From NCBI GenBank assembly GCA_027339965.1, contig DAHWNL010000076.1:15012-79011 (forward strand): a DNA stretch of 64,000 nt, given 5' to 3'. The DNA comes from Granulicella sp. Its GTDB lineage: Bacteria > Acidobacteriota > Terriglobia > Terriglobales > Acidobacteriaceae. Made by a program: the position numbers and the translations under genes. Of the stretch, positions 18,234 through 27,843 are shown one piece after another. The notes beneath the pieces were generated by a model that was given only the letters and a program-made list of their open reading frames with translations, did no database searches and had not been told where the DNA came from. Position 1 is the first letter of the stretch. Each line of letters starts with the position of its first letter.

Positions 18234-20525
18234 TTACGGATGAGGCCCGGTTTGTGGGGCTACAGGCGGGACTGTGGGGGAGGATGCGGGCCCGGCTGCT
18301 GGATTCCTTGCTCGCAGGCCGGCGGCCAGGCCGCTGCCCTGCATGCTGCCTTCGCCGGAGGTGTGGTTGTTCACCGTATCGAGCCGCCGGCTTACGATCC
18401 GCAACCGTCCTTCGCGCACGATATGGGGAGTGATTGAGATCAGAATTTCGGTGGACTGCTTGCTTAAGTCCTGATTCGTGCCCTGAAAACCAGGCAGTTC
18501 ACTTAACCCCGGCAGGCCGGTGAGGTCTTTGATCTCCTGGGTGCTGACGAGCGTCGCCAGCATCGCCGTGTATCCCTCGGGAACGATCACCGTGGAACTC
18601 AGAGAGCGGTTATTGAGCACGGGAATGCCATCCAGGCTTCCGGCGCCGAGAGCTTCATCCTTGAGACTCAGGACGAGAGAGACCTCATTATCATGCAGAA
18701 CCTGCGGCGTGAGCTTCAGGGTGATGCCTAGATCCTCATATTGAATCTCAGGAATCGTCTCCGTATTGCTCCCCAGATACTGATTCAACAGAGCGGCGAT
18801 GCTGGAACCACTGGTGGAGAGCCCGGAGAGGGCGCCCGATGCCGAGGTTCCCAGGCCGGTGCTGAACGTGCCGGTTGTCACGGGATAGCGAGACCCGACG
18901 CGAAACTCCGAGGCCGCGCCACTGTCCCCCAGGATCCGGGTCGAATCAAGCACGCTCACGTCACTGGAATTCAACGCGAGTTCAAAGCTGGGAGTCGAGC
19001 CAAGATACAGCCCGGCAAGCCCCAGACCGCCGCCGAAGATCCCCAGCAGATTGGTGTATTGCGAGGCGGTCACGGTTCCGGAGGCTACCAGAAACTCGAC
19101 TTCGGTCACCAGGTTTTGCAGCGGACTTCCATTCAGGGTGATGAGTCCACTGGCGACGGCCTCATCGATGATGGATACATTGGAGGAAACCAGCGATTGC
19201 GCCTCGGAAGCCACGCTGAATACACCGGAGGAGTTGGGAAGAATGGTGCCGATATTGTTCTCGATGCTGTGGTCTATCTCGTAAAGCGACACGTCGAAGA
19301 GAACCTCTGGAGCGCCGTCCAGCAGATCGTCAAAGACTGCATTGACTTCACGCAGGACCTGCTCCTGGCCACGCATGAGGATAAAGCCCCCTGTGGGGCT
19401 TGACGTTACCCCATTCACATTGAAGATGGTGCGGGCCACATTGCCGAGTTCCTGCATCTCTTTCTCAGAATGACCGGGCACATAGATGGTCTCTTCAAAC
19501 TCTGGCATCAGGTCTTCGCGATTTTGCCGCGTATCCCGGGCCAGCATCACCATCTTCGGCTGCAAGGGCACGGCGAAGAGGTTGGCGACCAGGTCCAGCG
19601 CGCGCGCGGCCCCCGCAAAGTCCACGTTGTTCATGTCCAGGTCAATCGGTGGGCCGTATCCACTGAGCGAAGAGTGCAGCATCGCCTTGATGCCGTAAAG
19701 GTCATAGAGAGTGGTGGCGACCATCTGCAGGGTGCCGTGCAGATGAATGTTCTTCTTGCCCGGGAGGGGAGTCAGTTTCATCGGGCCTTGCAGCGTGGAC
19801 GCGATGTCCTGGGCGGGAAATTTGGAAGGGTCAATACTGCCGTAGAACGGTCCGGGCCACTTCGGTCTTCCTGCCGCAGCCTGGGCCAGGGAGGCCGTTT
19901 TGATTCCGTCCATGGCGAAGTGCTGAGCCACTACAGGATTGTCTGGGTCAATGGAATGCGCTTGAGCGAGCAACTTGTCGGCCTGTTCGGGCCGACCGGC
20001 GGCTCGCGCCCGGGCCGCATGCTCCACCAGTTCCGTGACGTAGTTTTCGCGGGTAACAATCAGCGCCAGAGCGTAATCGCGATTCCTGGGATTGAGGCGG
20101 ACGGCTCGCGCGAAGTTGTGGATGGCGCCAGACAAATTTTGGTGCTCGACATCTCTGGCTCCCGCCAGATAAGCGTCATCGGCGGCTCGCGCCTGGCGGG
20201 GCGATATGGTGATCGAAGCGGGGGCAGGCAGCTGCTTTTGGGCGGGCTTGGCGGGCAGCGCGGGTGTTGCGCCGGCGGGGCTGATGGCGGGGCTGTCCGC
20301 GGGATTGGTGGCCGGAGTGGACGGCTGCGCCACCTGGGCCTGTGCAGGAGCCGCTCCGGTCAGAGCGTTGGAGACGCCGGCCGCCAGAGCTCCCAGATAG
20401 AGCCAGGCCAGCACCCCGCGAGCCAGCCGGAGTCTGCTGCCAGAAGGGCGCTTGGCGGGTAAGCGCTGCCCGCGAGTTGGGCGAGTTGGGATGGAGTGGG
20501 GCATTCTCTGTTGAGATAGACGCAC
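18234..20525 (-). CDS. Secretin (GspD/PulD-like) with N-terminal TPR region
   Basis: Secretin motifs VGSRYP, YEDLGITLKLTPQV, GLPGLSELP and EILISITPHIVR; TPR-like helices near the N-terminus. Start position uncertain. Confidence 0.8.
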   Translation of the reverse strand: MRLSQQRMPHSIPTRPTRGQRLPAKRPSGSRLRLARGVLAWLYLGALAAGVSNALTGAAPAQAQVAQPSTPATNPADSPAISPAGATPALPAKPAQKQLPAPASITISPRQARAADDAYLAGARDVEHQNLSGAIHNFARAVRLNPRNRDYALALIVTRENYVTELVEHAARARAAGRPEQADKLLAQAHSIDPDNPVVAQHFAMDGIKTASLAQAAAGRPKWPGPFYGSIDPSKFPAQDIASTLQGPMKLTPLPGKKNIHLHGTLQMVATTLYDLYGIKAMLHSSLSGYGPPIDLDMNNVDFAGAARALDLVANLFAVPLQPKMVMLARDTRQNREDLMPEFEETIYVPGHSEKEMQELGNVARTIFNVNGVTSSPTGGFILMRGQEQVLREVNAVFDDLLDGAPEVLFDVSLYEIDHSIENNIGTILPNSSGVFSVASEAQSLVSSNVSIIDEAVASGLITLNGSPLQNLVTEVEFLVASGTVTASQYTNLLGIFGGGLGLAGLYLGSTPSFELALNSSDVSVLDSTRILGDSGAASEFRVGSRYPVTTGTFSTGLGTSASGALSGLSTSGSSIAALLNQYLGSNTETIPEIQYEDLGITLKLTPQVLHDNEVSLVLSLKDEALGAGSLDGIPVLNNRSLSSTVIVPEGYTAMLATLVSTQEIKDLTGLPGLSELPGFQGTNQDLSKQSTEILISITPHIVREGRLRIVSRRLDTVNNHTSGEGSMQGSGLAAGLRARNPAAGPASSPTVPPVAPQTGPHP

Positions 20526-20642
20526 CCAGCCGGCAACGGCACTCCCGTGCTGATCGATGGCCGGCAGCGTGGGCGCGGGATCTCTTGCCTGGGAGAAGGC
20601 GCCCGTGGAGGCCGAGTGTGGGTTGCTCCTTCCTTGAGGTTG

Positions 20643-20939
20643 CTATCGTCCGCTGGAAACAACCTGCAAGCCGGGTCTCGATCCACGCACGGGGCGCACG
20701 GAAGCCGGTGGGCGTCGTATTCCCCGGCGGATCTCCGCTGAGTCCAGCCCGAGCTCGGTCAAGGTGCGGCTGAGGGTGTTGCGATGCATGCCCAGCTCCT
20801 CCGAGGCTTTGCACTGGTTGCCACGGTGACACGCAAGCGCCTCCAGGATGTACTGCTTCTTGAACTCACGCACCGCGTCAGCATAGGGAATGCCGGCAGC
20901 GCGCATCTGGAGGATGAGGTTGGCAAGTTCGCGTTTCAC
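20643..20939 (-). CDS. Fis-type helix-turn-helix protein
   Basis: HTH_8 signature ALACHRGNQCKASEELGMHRNTL. Confidence 0.85.
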   Translation of the reverse strand: MKRELANLILQMRAAGIPYADAVREFKKQYILEALACHRGNQCKASEELGMHRNTLSRTLTELGLDSAEIRRGIRRPPASVRPVRGSRPGLQVVSSGR

Positions 20940-21041
20940 TCGCGGAGTCTTCCTTTTCTGGGAGATGCTTTGGGTCCCAAACAGTGTTCACCCGTCACCC
21001 GGCTGTATGGACGCACTCCTTTTAGTGTGCGGCCAAGGATC

Positions 21042-21569
21042 TCATTTGATCCAGCCCGGCGTGATGTGCTTGAGACGATTTCTATCATTCAGCAGGCGCT
21101 GACTGAGTTCCTTTGGCATGAGGAAGGATAACGCATGAGAGGCTCGAAGAGAATACGGCGCGAATCGAGAATTTTTCATCCACGGAGCGGCTGGCCGGAA
21201 GGCGGCCAGGGCCAGCAGCAGAGCAAAGCAGAGAATCGCTCCCCGGCAGAACCCCAGGACCGCTCCCAGGAGCCGGTCTGCCAGGCCAAATCCCATCAGG
21301 GAGGCCGTGTGGCGCAGCAGCCTGCCCAGCAGGCCGGACAGGACAAGGATGCCGAGCAGCAGCAGAAGGAAGGCGAGCAGTTGCGCGCCGGCGGGCGAGG
21401 GGATCAGGCCTCTCAGCGAAGGCGCCAGGCCCCGATAGAACCAGCAGGCACAGAGGAAGCCCAGGATCAAACCAGCCAGCGAAAACGCCTCTTGAAAAAA
21501 TCCGCGTATCGTTGCCCGCACAATCGAGTACGCCATCACTAGCACGATGAGCCAATCAAGAGCATTCAT
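21042..21569 (-). CDS. cvpA: CvpA-family membrane protein
   Basis: MNALDW...RGF..E..SL and DRLLGAVLG..RG motifs; several transmembrane segments. Confidence 0.88.
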   Translation of the reverse strand: MNALDWLIVLVMAYSIVRATIRGFFQEAFSLAGLILGFLCACWFYRGLAPSLRGLIPSPAGAQLLAFLLLLLGILVLSGLLGRLLRHTASLMGFGLADRLLGAVLGFCRGAILCFALLLALAAFRPAAPWMKNSRFAPYSLRASHALSFLMPKELSQRLLNDRNRLKHITPGWIK

Positions 21570-21861
21570 AGAGCGTATCGGCTAATCCCAGGCCACATGG
21601 CTTTTGCCGTGCCGGCGTCATGCGAGGCTCCATCTATCTCTGAGCGCATGGCGCATTTTAAGCGCCGGAGCCGGCTTGCTGCCCGGCCGCCATCCCTGGG
21701 CAGAGAGCCACAGCGTGCGGCCTGGGCGGTTCCCTGAAACAGAGCCCGGGCGAAGGCCGGCGGAGGTGGAAACGCATCCTTTCCTCCTCGGCCGGTTCGA
21801 GGGCTGTTGTGCCTGCCCAGCGGCTTTGGGCGAAGCCGGCCGGAGAGGACGCAGATCGAGC

Positions 21862-24800
21862 TCAGGCTGCGCTGCGGGCCTCACGCCCTTTGCTGCGGCC
21901 GCTGAGCGAGACGCTGACGATCTTGGAGACGCCTGGCTCCTGCATGGTGACCCCATACATGACGTCGGCTTGTTCCATGGTGCGCTTCGTGTGGGTAATG
22001 ATGATCACCTGCGTATTGGTGGAGACTTCGGAGAGAAGGTTGGCAAACCGTCCCACGTTGGTCTCATCCAGGGGAGCATCGACCTCATCCAGCATGCAGA
22101 ACGGAGCGGGCTGGAACTGAAAGATACCTACCAGCAGGGAAAGGGCGGTGAGCGCCTTCTCGCCGCCGGAGAGAAGCAACACATTCTGCAGCTTCTTGCC
22201 GGGCGGCGAGGCGATGATGTCGATGCCGCTCAGGTCGGAGTCCTTGCTGCCTTCCGCCTCCGGATCGGTGAGCCGCATGAAGGCCTGACCACCCCCGAAG
22301 AGCTTGGTGAAGGTGGCGGCGAAGTTTTCGTTGATGATCTTGAAGGCGTCGTAGAACTTGACGCGAGAAAGATCATCGATCTCCTTGATGGAAGACTGCG
22401 TGTTTTCAATCGAATCCAGCAGGTCCTTGCGCTGGGTCTCCAGGAAGGCGTGGCGCTGGGAGGTCTCTTGAAACTCCTCCAGGGCCATCATGTTCACGGG
22501 GCCCATGGCCTCCAGACGCTGCTTGAGGGCGCGGGCAGCTTCATCCTCCGCGGCCAGCGCCTCGGCTTCGATCCGCTGGATGGTGTCGTCCGCGCGCAAA
22601 CAGGCGGCTTCGATGGAGAGATCATTCAGGCAGGTCTGCTCGATATGCTCCAAGTCAGAGGCCAGCCGGGCTGCCCCGGCGCTACGCTCAGCGCGCTGTT
22701 CGCGCAGCGCTTCGGTCTCATGACGCAGGCTGCGGAGACGAGAGTCGAGTTCCGTCATAGCGAGGCGCAAAGCAGAAGCTTCGGCGGAGAGCGTCTCGCC
22801 TTCGGCGATGGCCTGGGTGCGGGCCTCCGTGAGCTCGACCTGTTTGGCTGTCAGGCTGGAGGTCTCGGCTTCGCGCTGCTGTCTTTCCGCACTGGCGGCT
22901 GCACACTGCGACTCCAATTGGGCGATCCGCTGGGACTGACCTTCGTAGATCCGGTGAGTACGCTCGAAGTTGGCATGGGCGTTGCGCCTGCGCTCTTCCA
23001 GACCAGCCAAAGCGACCGCTGCGGCAGAGGCTGCTTCCTGAAGCTCTTCACGGCGCAGACGCAGGGAGAGGATCCTCTCCGACAGGTCAGAGACCTGCTG
23101 TTCGAGTGTTGTGCGCTCGGCCTCAAACCCCTCTGACTCCTGCCGCTTGCGAGCGATGAAGTCCAGACGCTGTTGTCGCTGGTCGCGGTTTCGATCCGCC
23201 GCGATTTGACACTGCTGCAGACGGCTCTGGATGCGGGAGACCTCCTGATCCATCTGCCGCAGCGCGGCCCCCGCGTTCGCGCTCTCGCGCTCCGTGTCTC
23301 TGCGTTCGTGATTTTTCGTGTCGAGCGTTGTGGTGAGATCTGCGATCTCACGGGTGAGAGCTGCCGTTGCCAGCTCATTTTCGCCCAACTCGGCCTCGAT
23401 GCCGGTGAGTTTGCCCTGCAGCTCCGCCAACTCGCGTTTGAGGGCCAGGGGGCCCTGCTCGCGCGGCTTGCCTCCGGCGACGGTGCAATGATGGAAGGCC
23501 TCGCCGGAGGGAGAGAGGAAGTACGATTGTGGATGCTCGTGCGCCAGTCTCTGCGCCGTTTCACTGTCGGGCGCCACAAAGCCGTTGCGCAACTTGGGCA
23601 GAATCGCCTCCAGGGAACGCCCAAATCCATTGCGGATGCGAATGCAGTCTCGCAGAGCGAATACGCCGCCGCCTGGGCTCTCCACTTCGGTCTCTGGGGG
23701 CAGCGCCGTTTCCGGGTCTGTGTTGCCGGGATGCACCAGAAATGTGGCGCGCCCGGCGACATCGGTGTGGAGAAGACGCACGCCCGCATCCGCGGCATCC
23801 CAACTGGAGACTACGATGTAGTTGAGTTCATCGCGCAGGAACTCGTCCACCAAACTCTCATAACGTCCGTCGACGTCCAGGAAGTCGGCCAGTGTGCCAA
23901 GGGGAGCTGCGCTGCCCGGCAGCTTCGATTGGGCGCGGAAGATGTTCCGCACCGTATCGGTGGAGTAACTATGCTCCCGGATGAGGGCCTCCAGAGAGGT
24001 GCGACGCCCGTTCAGCGTGGCTGCCTGAGCGCGCAACTCGTCCCCTTTGCGGCGCGACCTGGTCTCTTCCAGGCGCCGGGTCTCCAGCGTGTGGCGAAGT
24101 TCGACGATCTCAAATTCCAGCCTTTTGAGGTTTTCGGCGAGGCCCTCGAAGGAGAGACGAGAGGCGCCACGCCGCGCCTGGAGAGCCTCCAGTTCCTCGC
24201 GAGAAGTCAGCGACTCGGCCTCCAGCCGCTCCTGTTCGCGATTCAGGCCGGAGAGCGCGGCCTCCGCCTGCGCAATCTCATTGTTGGCCTGCGCCGCTCG
24301 CTGCATGGACTGCATGGCGCTGCGGCGCTGCGTCTCGGCAAGAGCCTCGGCGGCCAGCACGCTACGCGTGGCTTCCTGAGCCTGGGCCTGCTGCGCAGAG
24401 GCCGACTCTCGAGAGCTGGCCGACTCGGCTGTGGCGTTTTCAAGAAAACTGCGATGCTGCTCCAGTTCGCCCGCGAGCGTTTCCAGCTGCGAGCGAGCCT
24501 GAGCGAGGTCCTGCTCTCCGCTTTGCAAACGCTCAGTGAGATCCGCAATTCGGTCTGAGTTGGTGGCGGCGCGCGCTGCAATGCGTTCGATCTCGACAGC
24601 GCAGGCGTTCGCTCGGCTGCCGGCGGCGCGAATCTGATCATCCAGTTCGTAGCCCCGCTGAACTCCTTGGGAGTGCTCGGCATCCATCGCTTCGAGCTGT
24701 TGAGAGCGGCTCTCGATGAGATCGCCGAGGCGGGCGATCTCGGCGAAGAGGGATGCCTGCTCAGCGTCCATCTGGGTCAGGCGGCTGGCCAGCACCACAC

Positions 24801-25821
24801 GGAGCTTCCCGCGCAGATCGTCGCGCACGGCGGCGTAACGTTCGGCCTTGGCCGCCTGGCGCTTGAGCACGGCCATCTGGCGTGTGACCTCTTCAAAGAT
24901 GTCATTGACCCGAGAGAGATTCTGCTTGGCTGATTCCAGGCGCAGTTCAGCCAGGCGTTTTTTGGTTTTGAAACGGGTGATCCCGGCAGCTTCTTCAATG
25001 ATGGCGCGGCGATCCAAGGGCTTGGCCGAGAGGATGCTTCCAATGCGCTCCTGGCTGATCATCGCGTAGCTCTCCCCGCCCAGGCCGGTGCCCATGAAGA
25101 TGTCCTGGATATCGCGCAAGCGACAGATCTTCCCGTTCAGAAGGTACTCAGAGTCTCCAGAGCGAAAGAGCCGGCGGGTGACAGTGATCTCGCCGGCGCG
25201 AATCGGAGTGCGGCCAAACTTCCGGCGGCGAATCTTGAGCACCACGTTGTTCGCCGGGTTCTGTTGGGCTCCGGGTTCGGAAGATCCGGCGCCGTCCGAG
25301 TCCGCGGTCTTTGTCTGTGGGGCCTCAGCTTCATAGGTTGTGCCGGGCTGCGCATCGGCCACCGCCTCCTCGGTATCCTGCGCGGCCTCTTCCCGCAGAG
25401 CGGCCTCGTCCCAGTCGCCCAGCGAGTCGATGCTGGTGATATGGTCCTTGGAGTCCATCGCGAGAGCGCCAGAATCTCCGTCAGAGATCCCAATCTGATC
25501 CGGTCCGAGGACCTCGGGCTGACCCTCCGTCAGCGCGTGGCCATCGTAGATGTCGGGATCGACCAAGGTGAGGGAGACTTCCGCCATGCCCGTAGGTTTG
25601 CGCTCGCGGGTGCCTGCAAAGATGACGTCTTCCATCTTGATTCCGCGCAAGCTCTTGGCAGACTGTTCCCCCAGAACCCAATTGATGGCGTCCGAGATAT
25701 TCGATTTCCCGCACCCATTCGGGCCAACGATCGCGGCAATGCCCTGGCCGGACAACTGCACCTCGGTGCGGTCACAAAAGGATTTGAAGCCGAGAATCTG
25801 AACTTTTTTTAGCTTGAGCAA
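21862..25821 (-). CDS. smc: Chromosome segregation protein SMC
   Basis: GFKSF, Walker A GPNGCGKS, coiled coils with a hinge, signature LSGGE and Walker B/D-loop LDEVDAPLD. Confidence 0.97.
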   Translation of the reverse strand: MLKLKKVQILGFKSFCDRTEVQLSGQGIAAIVGPNGCGKSNISDAINWVLGEQSAKSLRGIKMEDVIFAGTRERKPTGMAEVSLTLVDPDIYDGHALTEGQPEVLGPDQIGISDGDSGALAMDSKDHITSIDSLGDWDEAALREEAAQDTEEAVADAQPGTTYEAEAPQTKTADSDGAGSSEPGAQQNPANNVVLKIRRRKFGRTPIRAGEITVTRRLFRSGDSEYLLNGKICRLRDIQDIFMGTGLGGESYAMISQERIGSILSAKPLDRRAIIEEAAGITRFKTKKRLAELRLESAKQNLSRVNDIFEEVTRQMAVLKRQAAKAERYAAVRDDLRGKLRVVLASRLTQMDAEQASLFAEIARLGDLIESRSQQLEAMDAEHSQGVQRGYELDDQIRAAGSRANACAVEIERIAARAATNSDRIADLTERLQSGEQDLAQARSQLETLAGELEQHRSFLENATAESASSRESASAQQAQAQEATRSVLAAEALAETQRRSAMQSMQRAAQANNEIAQAEAALSGLNREQERLEAESLTSREELEALQARRGASRLSFEGLAENLKRLEFEIVELRHTLETRRLEETRSRRKGDELRAQAATLNGRRTSLEALIREHSYSTDTVRNIFRAQSKLPGSAAPLGTLADFLDVDGRYESLVDEFLRDELNYIVVSSWDAADAGVRLLHTDVAGRATFLVHPGNTDPETALPPETEVESPGGGVFALRDCIRIRNGFGRSLEAILPKLRNGFVAPDSETAQRLAHEHPQSYFLSPSGEAFHHCTVAGGKPREQGPLALKRELAELQGKLTGIEAELGENELATAALTREIADLTTTLDTKNHERRDTERESANAGAALRQMDQEVSRIQSRLQQCQIAADRNRDQRQQRLDFIARKRQESEGFEAERTTLEQQVSDLSERILSLRLRREELQEAASAAAVALAGLEERRRNAHANFERTHRIYEGQSQRIAQLESQCAAASAERQQREAETSSLTAKQVELTEARTQAIAEGETLSAEASALRLAMTELDSRLRSLRHETEALREQRAERSAGAARLASDLEHIEQTCLNDLSIEAACLRADDTIQRIEAEALAAEDEAARALKQRLEAMGPVNMMALEEFQETSQRHAFLETQRKDLLDSIENTQSSIKEIDDLSRVKFYDAFKIINENFAATFTKLFGGGQAFMRLTDPEAEGSKDSDLSGIDIIASPPGKKLQNVLLLSGGEKALTALSLLVGIFQFQPAPFCMLDEVDAPLDETNVGRFANLLSEVSTNTQVIIITHTKRTMEQADVMYGVTMQEPGVSKIVSVSLSGRSKGREARSAA

Positions 25822-26370
25822 GGATCAAAACCTCTTCCACCTCGGGTTGTGTCGGCAGGCGTGCCCAGCCCGGCTGAGCCGTGTGGGAGGCCGTTGCAGA
25901 GCTTCCAGCTCCGGCCGGTTCCGCCGGTGGTCGCGCCGGGCGGCTCTTCGCTGGAGCAGAAACCGGCTCAGAGCAAGATGGCGAACTGCCGGCAGCGATA
26001 GCCGTTCCGGAAACCGCTACAGGTCGAATCGTAAGCGGGGAGAGGATGAGAATCAACGCGTATTCGAGTCCCGGAGAAAGGATGTTGTGGATAAGCGCGG
26101 CCCAATCCGATTTCTTGTTGCTGCCGAGGGCATGGCCTGACCTCTGGCTTGTCTGCGGGGAGCGCATCTCCCGGGTTGGTGACGGGGGACTCTCCCCGGG
26201 CGAACGATCTCCAGGAGCGAGTTGCGCAGAAGCATCTCCGTTTTTATAATCCGCATCATCTCCCTCATCCTGCTGATCGGGGAGGGATTTTCTCCGGTAC
26301 CCGCAACTTTGCGCTAATCTTGACATACTGGCTCAGATCCCGAAGTATCTCTGCCGAGGAGATTCTCTTT

Positions 26371-27639
26371 ATGAAGAAGGTCGTACTTGCTTCGCTGCTG
26401 GCGGTGGCCGGCGCGTTTTTCTCAGCGTCCCCGACGCACGCCCAGCAGGCGTCGTCTGGAGGCATTCAGATGTCGCAGGCCGAGTACGCGGCCTACAACA
26501 AAGCCAGTACGCAGACAACCGCGGCAGGGAAGGTGGCTGCTTATGAGGCTTATCTGAAGGCCTATCCCAAGTCCGCAGTAAAAGCTGATGTGCTGAATCA
26601 GATCTTGTTTCTGGATAGCCAATTGGGGGACCAGGCAGCCACGCTCAACACAGCCGACCAGATCCTCGCCATGGATCCCAACAACCTGCGCGCGCTGACC
26701 TTTGAGGTCTACTACCGCCGCGCCGACGCCGACAAGCTGACCGATCCGGCGGCCAAGCAGGCAGCGCTGGACAAGGTTGCCACCTATGCCCAGGAGGGCG
26801 TGAACGCCAAGAAGCCTGATGGTATGTCCGATGCCGATTTCGCAACCCTGAAGTCCAAGACGGATCCCACGTTCCTGAGCGCGATTGCCGACGACGATAT
26901 GGCCAAGAAAGACAATGCCGACGCCATCAAGGTCTTGAGCCAGGAGATTAACGGGGACGCCGATGACACCACCAAGCCCAGCCAGACGTTGCAGGACGTC
27001 TATATTCTGGCTCAGGCCTATTACACCGAGACTCCTCCGGACTATCTCAACTGCGCCTGGTATGCCACGCGGGCAGCCGCCTATGCTCCGGCGGCCTACA
27101 AGACCACGATTGAGCCCTTGGCCGAGTACTGCTACAAGAAGTTTCACGGTGGCATTGATGGATATACCGATATGCAGACGGCTGCACAGGCTAATCTGAA
27201 TCCTCCCGCGGGCTTCAAGGTGACGCCAGCGCCCAAGCCGGAAGATGTGATCACCAACCTGATCAACACCACGCCTGACCTGGCGACGCTGGCGATCAGT
27301 GACCGCGAGTTTGTGCTCCAGAATGGAACGCCCGCAGATGCGGAGAAGGTCTTTGATGCGGTAAAAGGCAAAGAGGTGCAACTGCCCGGAGTTACGGTAA
27401 TCTCGGCCACGCCGGATGCAATTCAGGTCGCCGTCTCCGACGATGCGGTGCAGAGCAAGACGGCTGACTTTACCTTCAACATGAAGACACCCCTGAAGAC
27501 GTTGCCCAGCGTGGGAGACACCATCACCATCAACGGGACCTATGATTCCTATACACAGAAGCCGTTGATGATCACCATGTCGAACTCGTATATTCAGCTT
27601 CCCAAGCCGGTACACCATTACCGCAAGCGCACGAATTAG
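26371..27639 (+). CDS. Secreted TPR-like hypothetical protein with beta-rich C-terminal domain
   Basis: GAGGAG ribosome-binding site, signal peptide MKKVVLASLL...AHA, and helical repeats (YLKAYPKS, ILAMDPNN). Confidence 0.8.
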   Translation: MKKVVLASLLAVAGAFFSASPTHAQQASSGGIQMSQAEYAAYNKASTQTTAAGKVAAYEAYLKAYPKSAVKADVLNQILFLDSQLGDQAATLNTADQILAMDPNNLRALTFEVYYRRADADKLTDPAAKQAALDKVATYAQEGVNAKKPDGMSDADFATLKSKTDPTFLSAIADDDMAKKDNADAIKVLSQEINGDADDTTKPSQTLQDVYILAQAYYTETPPDYLNCAWYATRAAAYAPAAYKTTIEPLAEYCYKKFHGGIDGYTDMQTAAQANLNPPAGFKVTPAPKPEDVITNLINTTPDLATLAISDREFVLQNGTPADAEKVFDAVKGKEVQLPGVTVISATPDAIQVAVSDDAVQSKTADFTFNMKTPLKTLPSVGDTITINGTYDSYTQKPLMITMSNSYIQLPKPVHHYRKRTN

Positions 27640-27666
27640 CTTGGGGCTGAACAGAGAACAGACAAG

Positions 27667-27697
27667 ACGGCCTCCTCCGGGAGGCCGTTCGGTTTTC
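27667..27697 (+). terminator. Putative rho-independent terminator
   Basis: ACGGCCTCC-tccg-GGAGGCCGT followed by a T-rich tract, just downstream of the TPR gene. Confidence 0.6.
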
Positions 27698-27727
27698 TGC
27701 ATGGAGTTCGGCTTCGGCGATCGAGCC

Positions 27728-27843
27728 GGACAACATTCTCAGCGTCGATGCGTATCCCGAAGAGGGCTTGCAGCCGGGTTTTCCCTGCGGAAGGCGCCCT
27801 TGCAGGTTCAGGTTCCGAGATGCCTGTTCGGAACGATCTTTAC
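27728..27843 (+). repeat. Degenerate copy of the ~117-bp dispersed palindromic element
   Basis: Shares CATT..CAG.GTCGATG.GT.TCCCGAAGAGGG, GTTTTC, CGCCC and a terminal CTTTA with the copy at 41481; its end contains the TAA stop of the large PIG-L gene. Confidence 0.7.
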
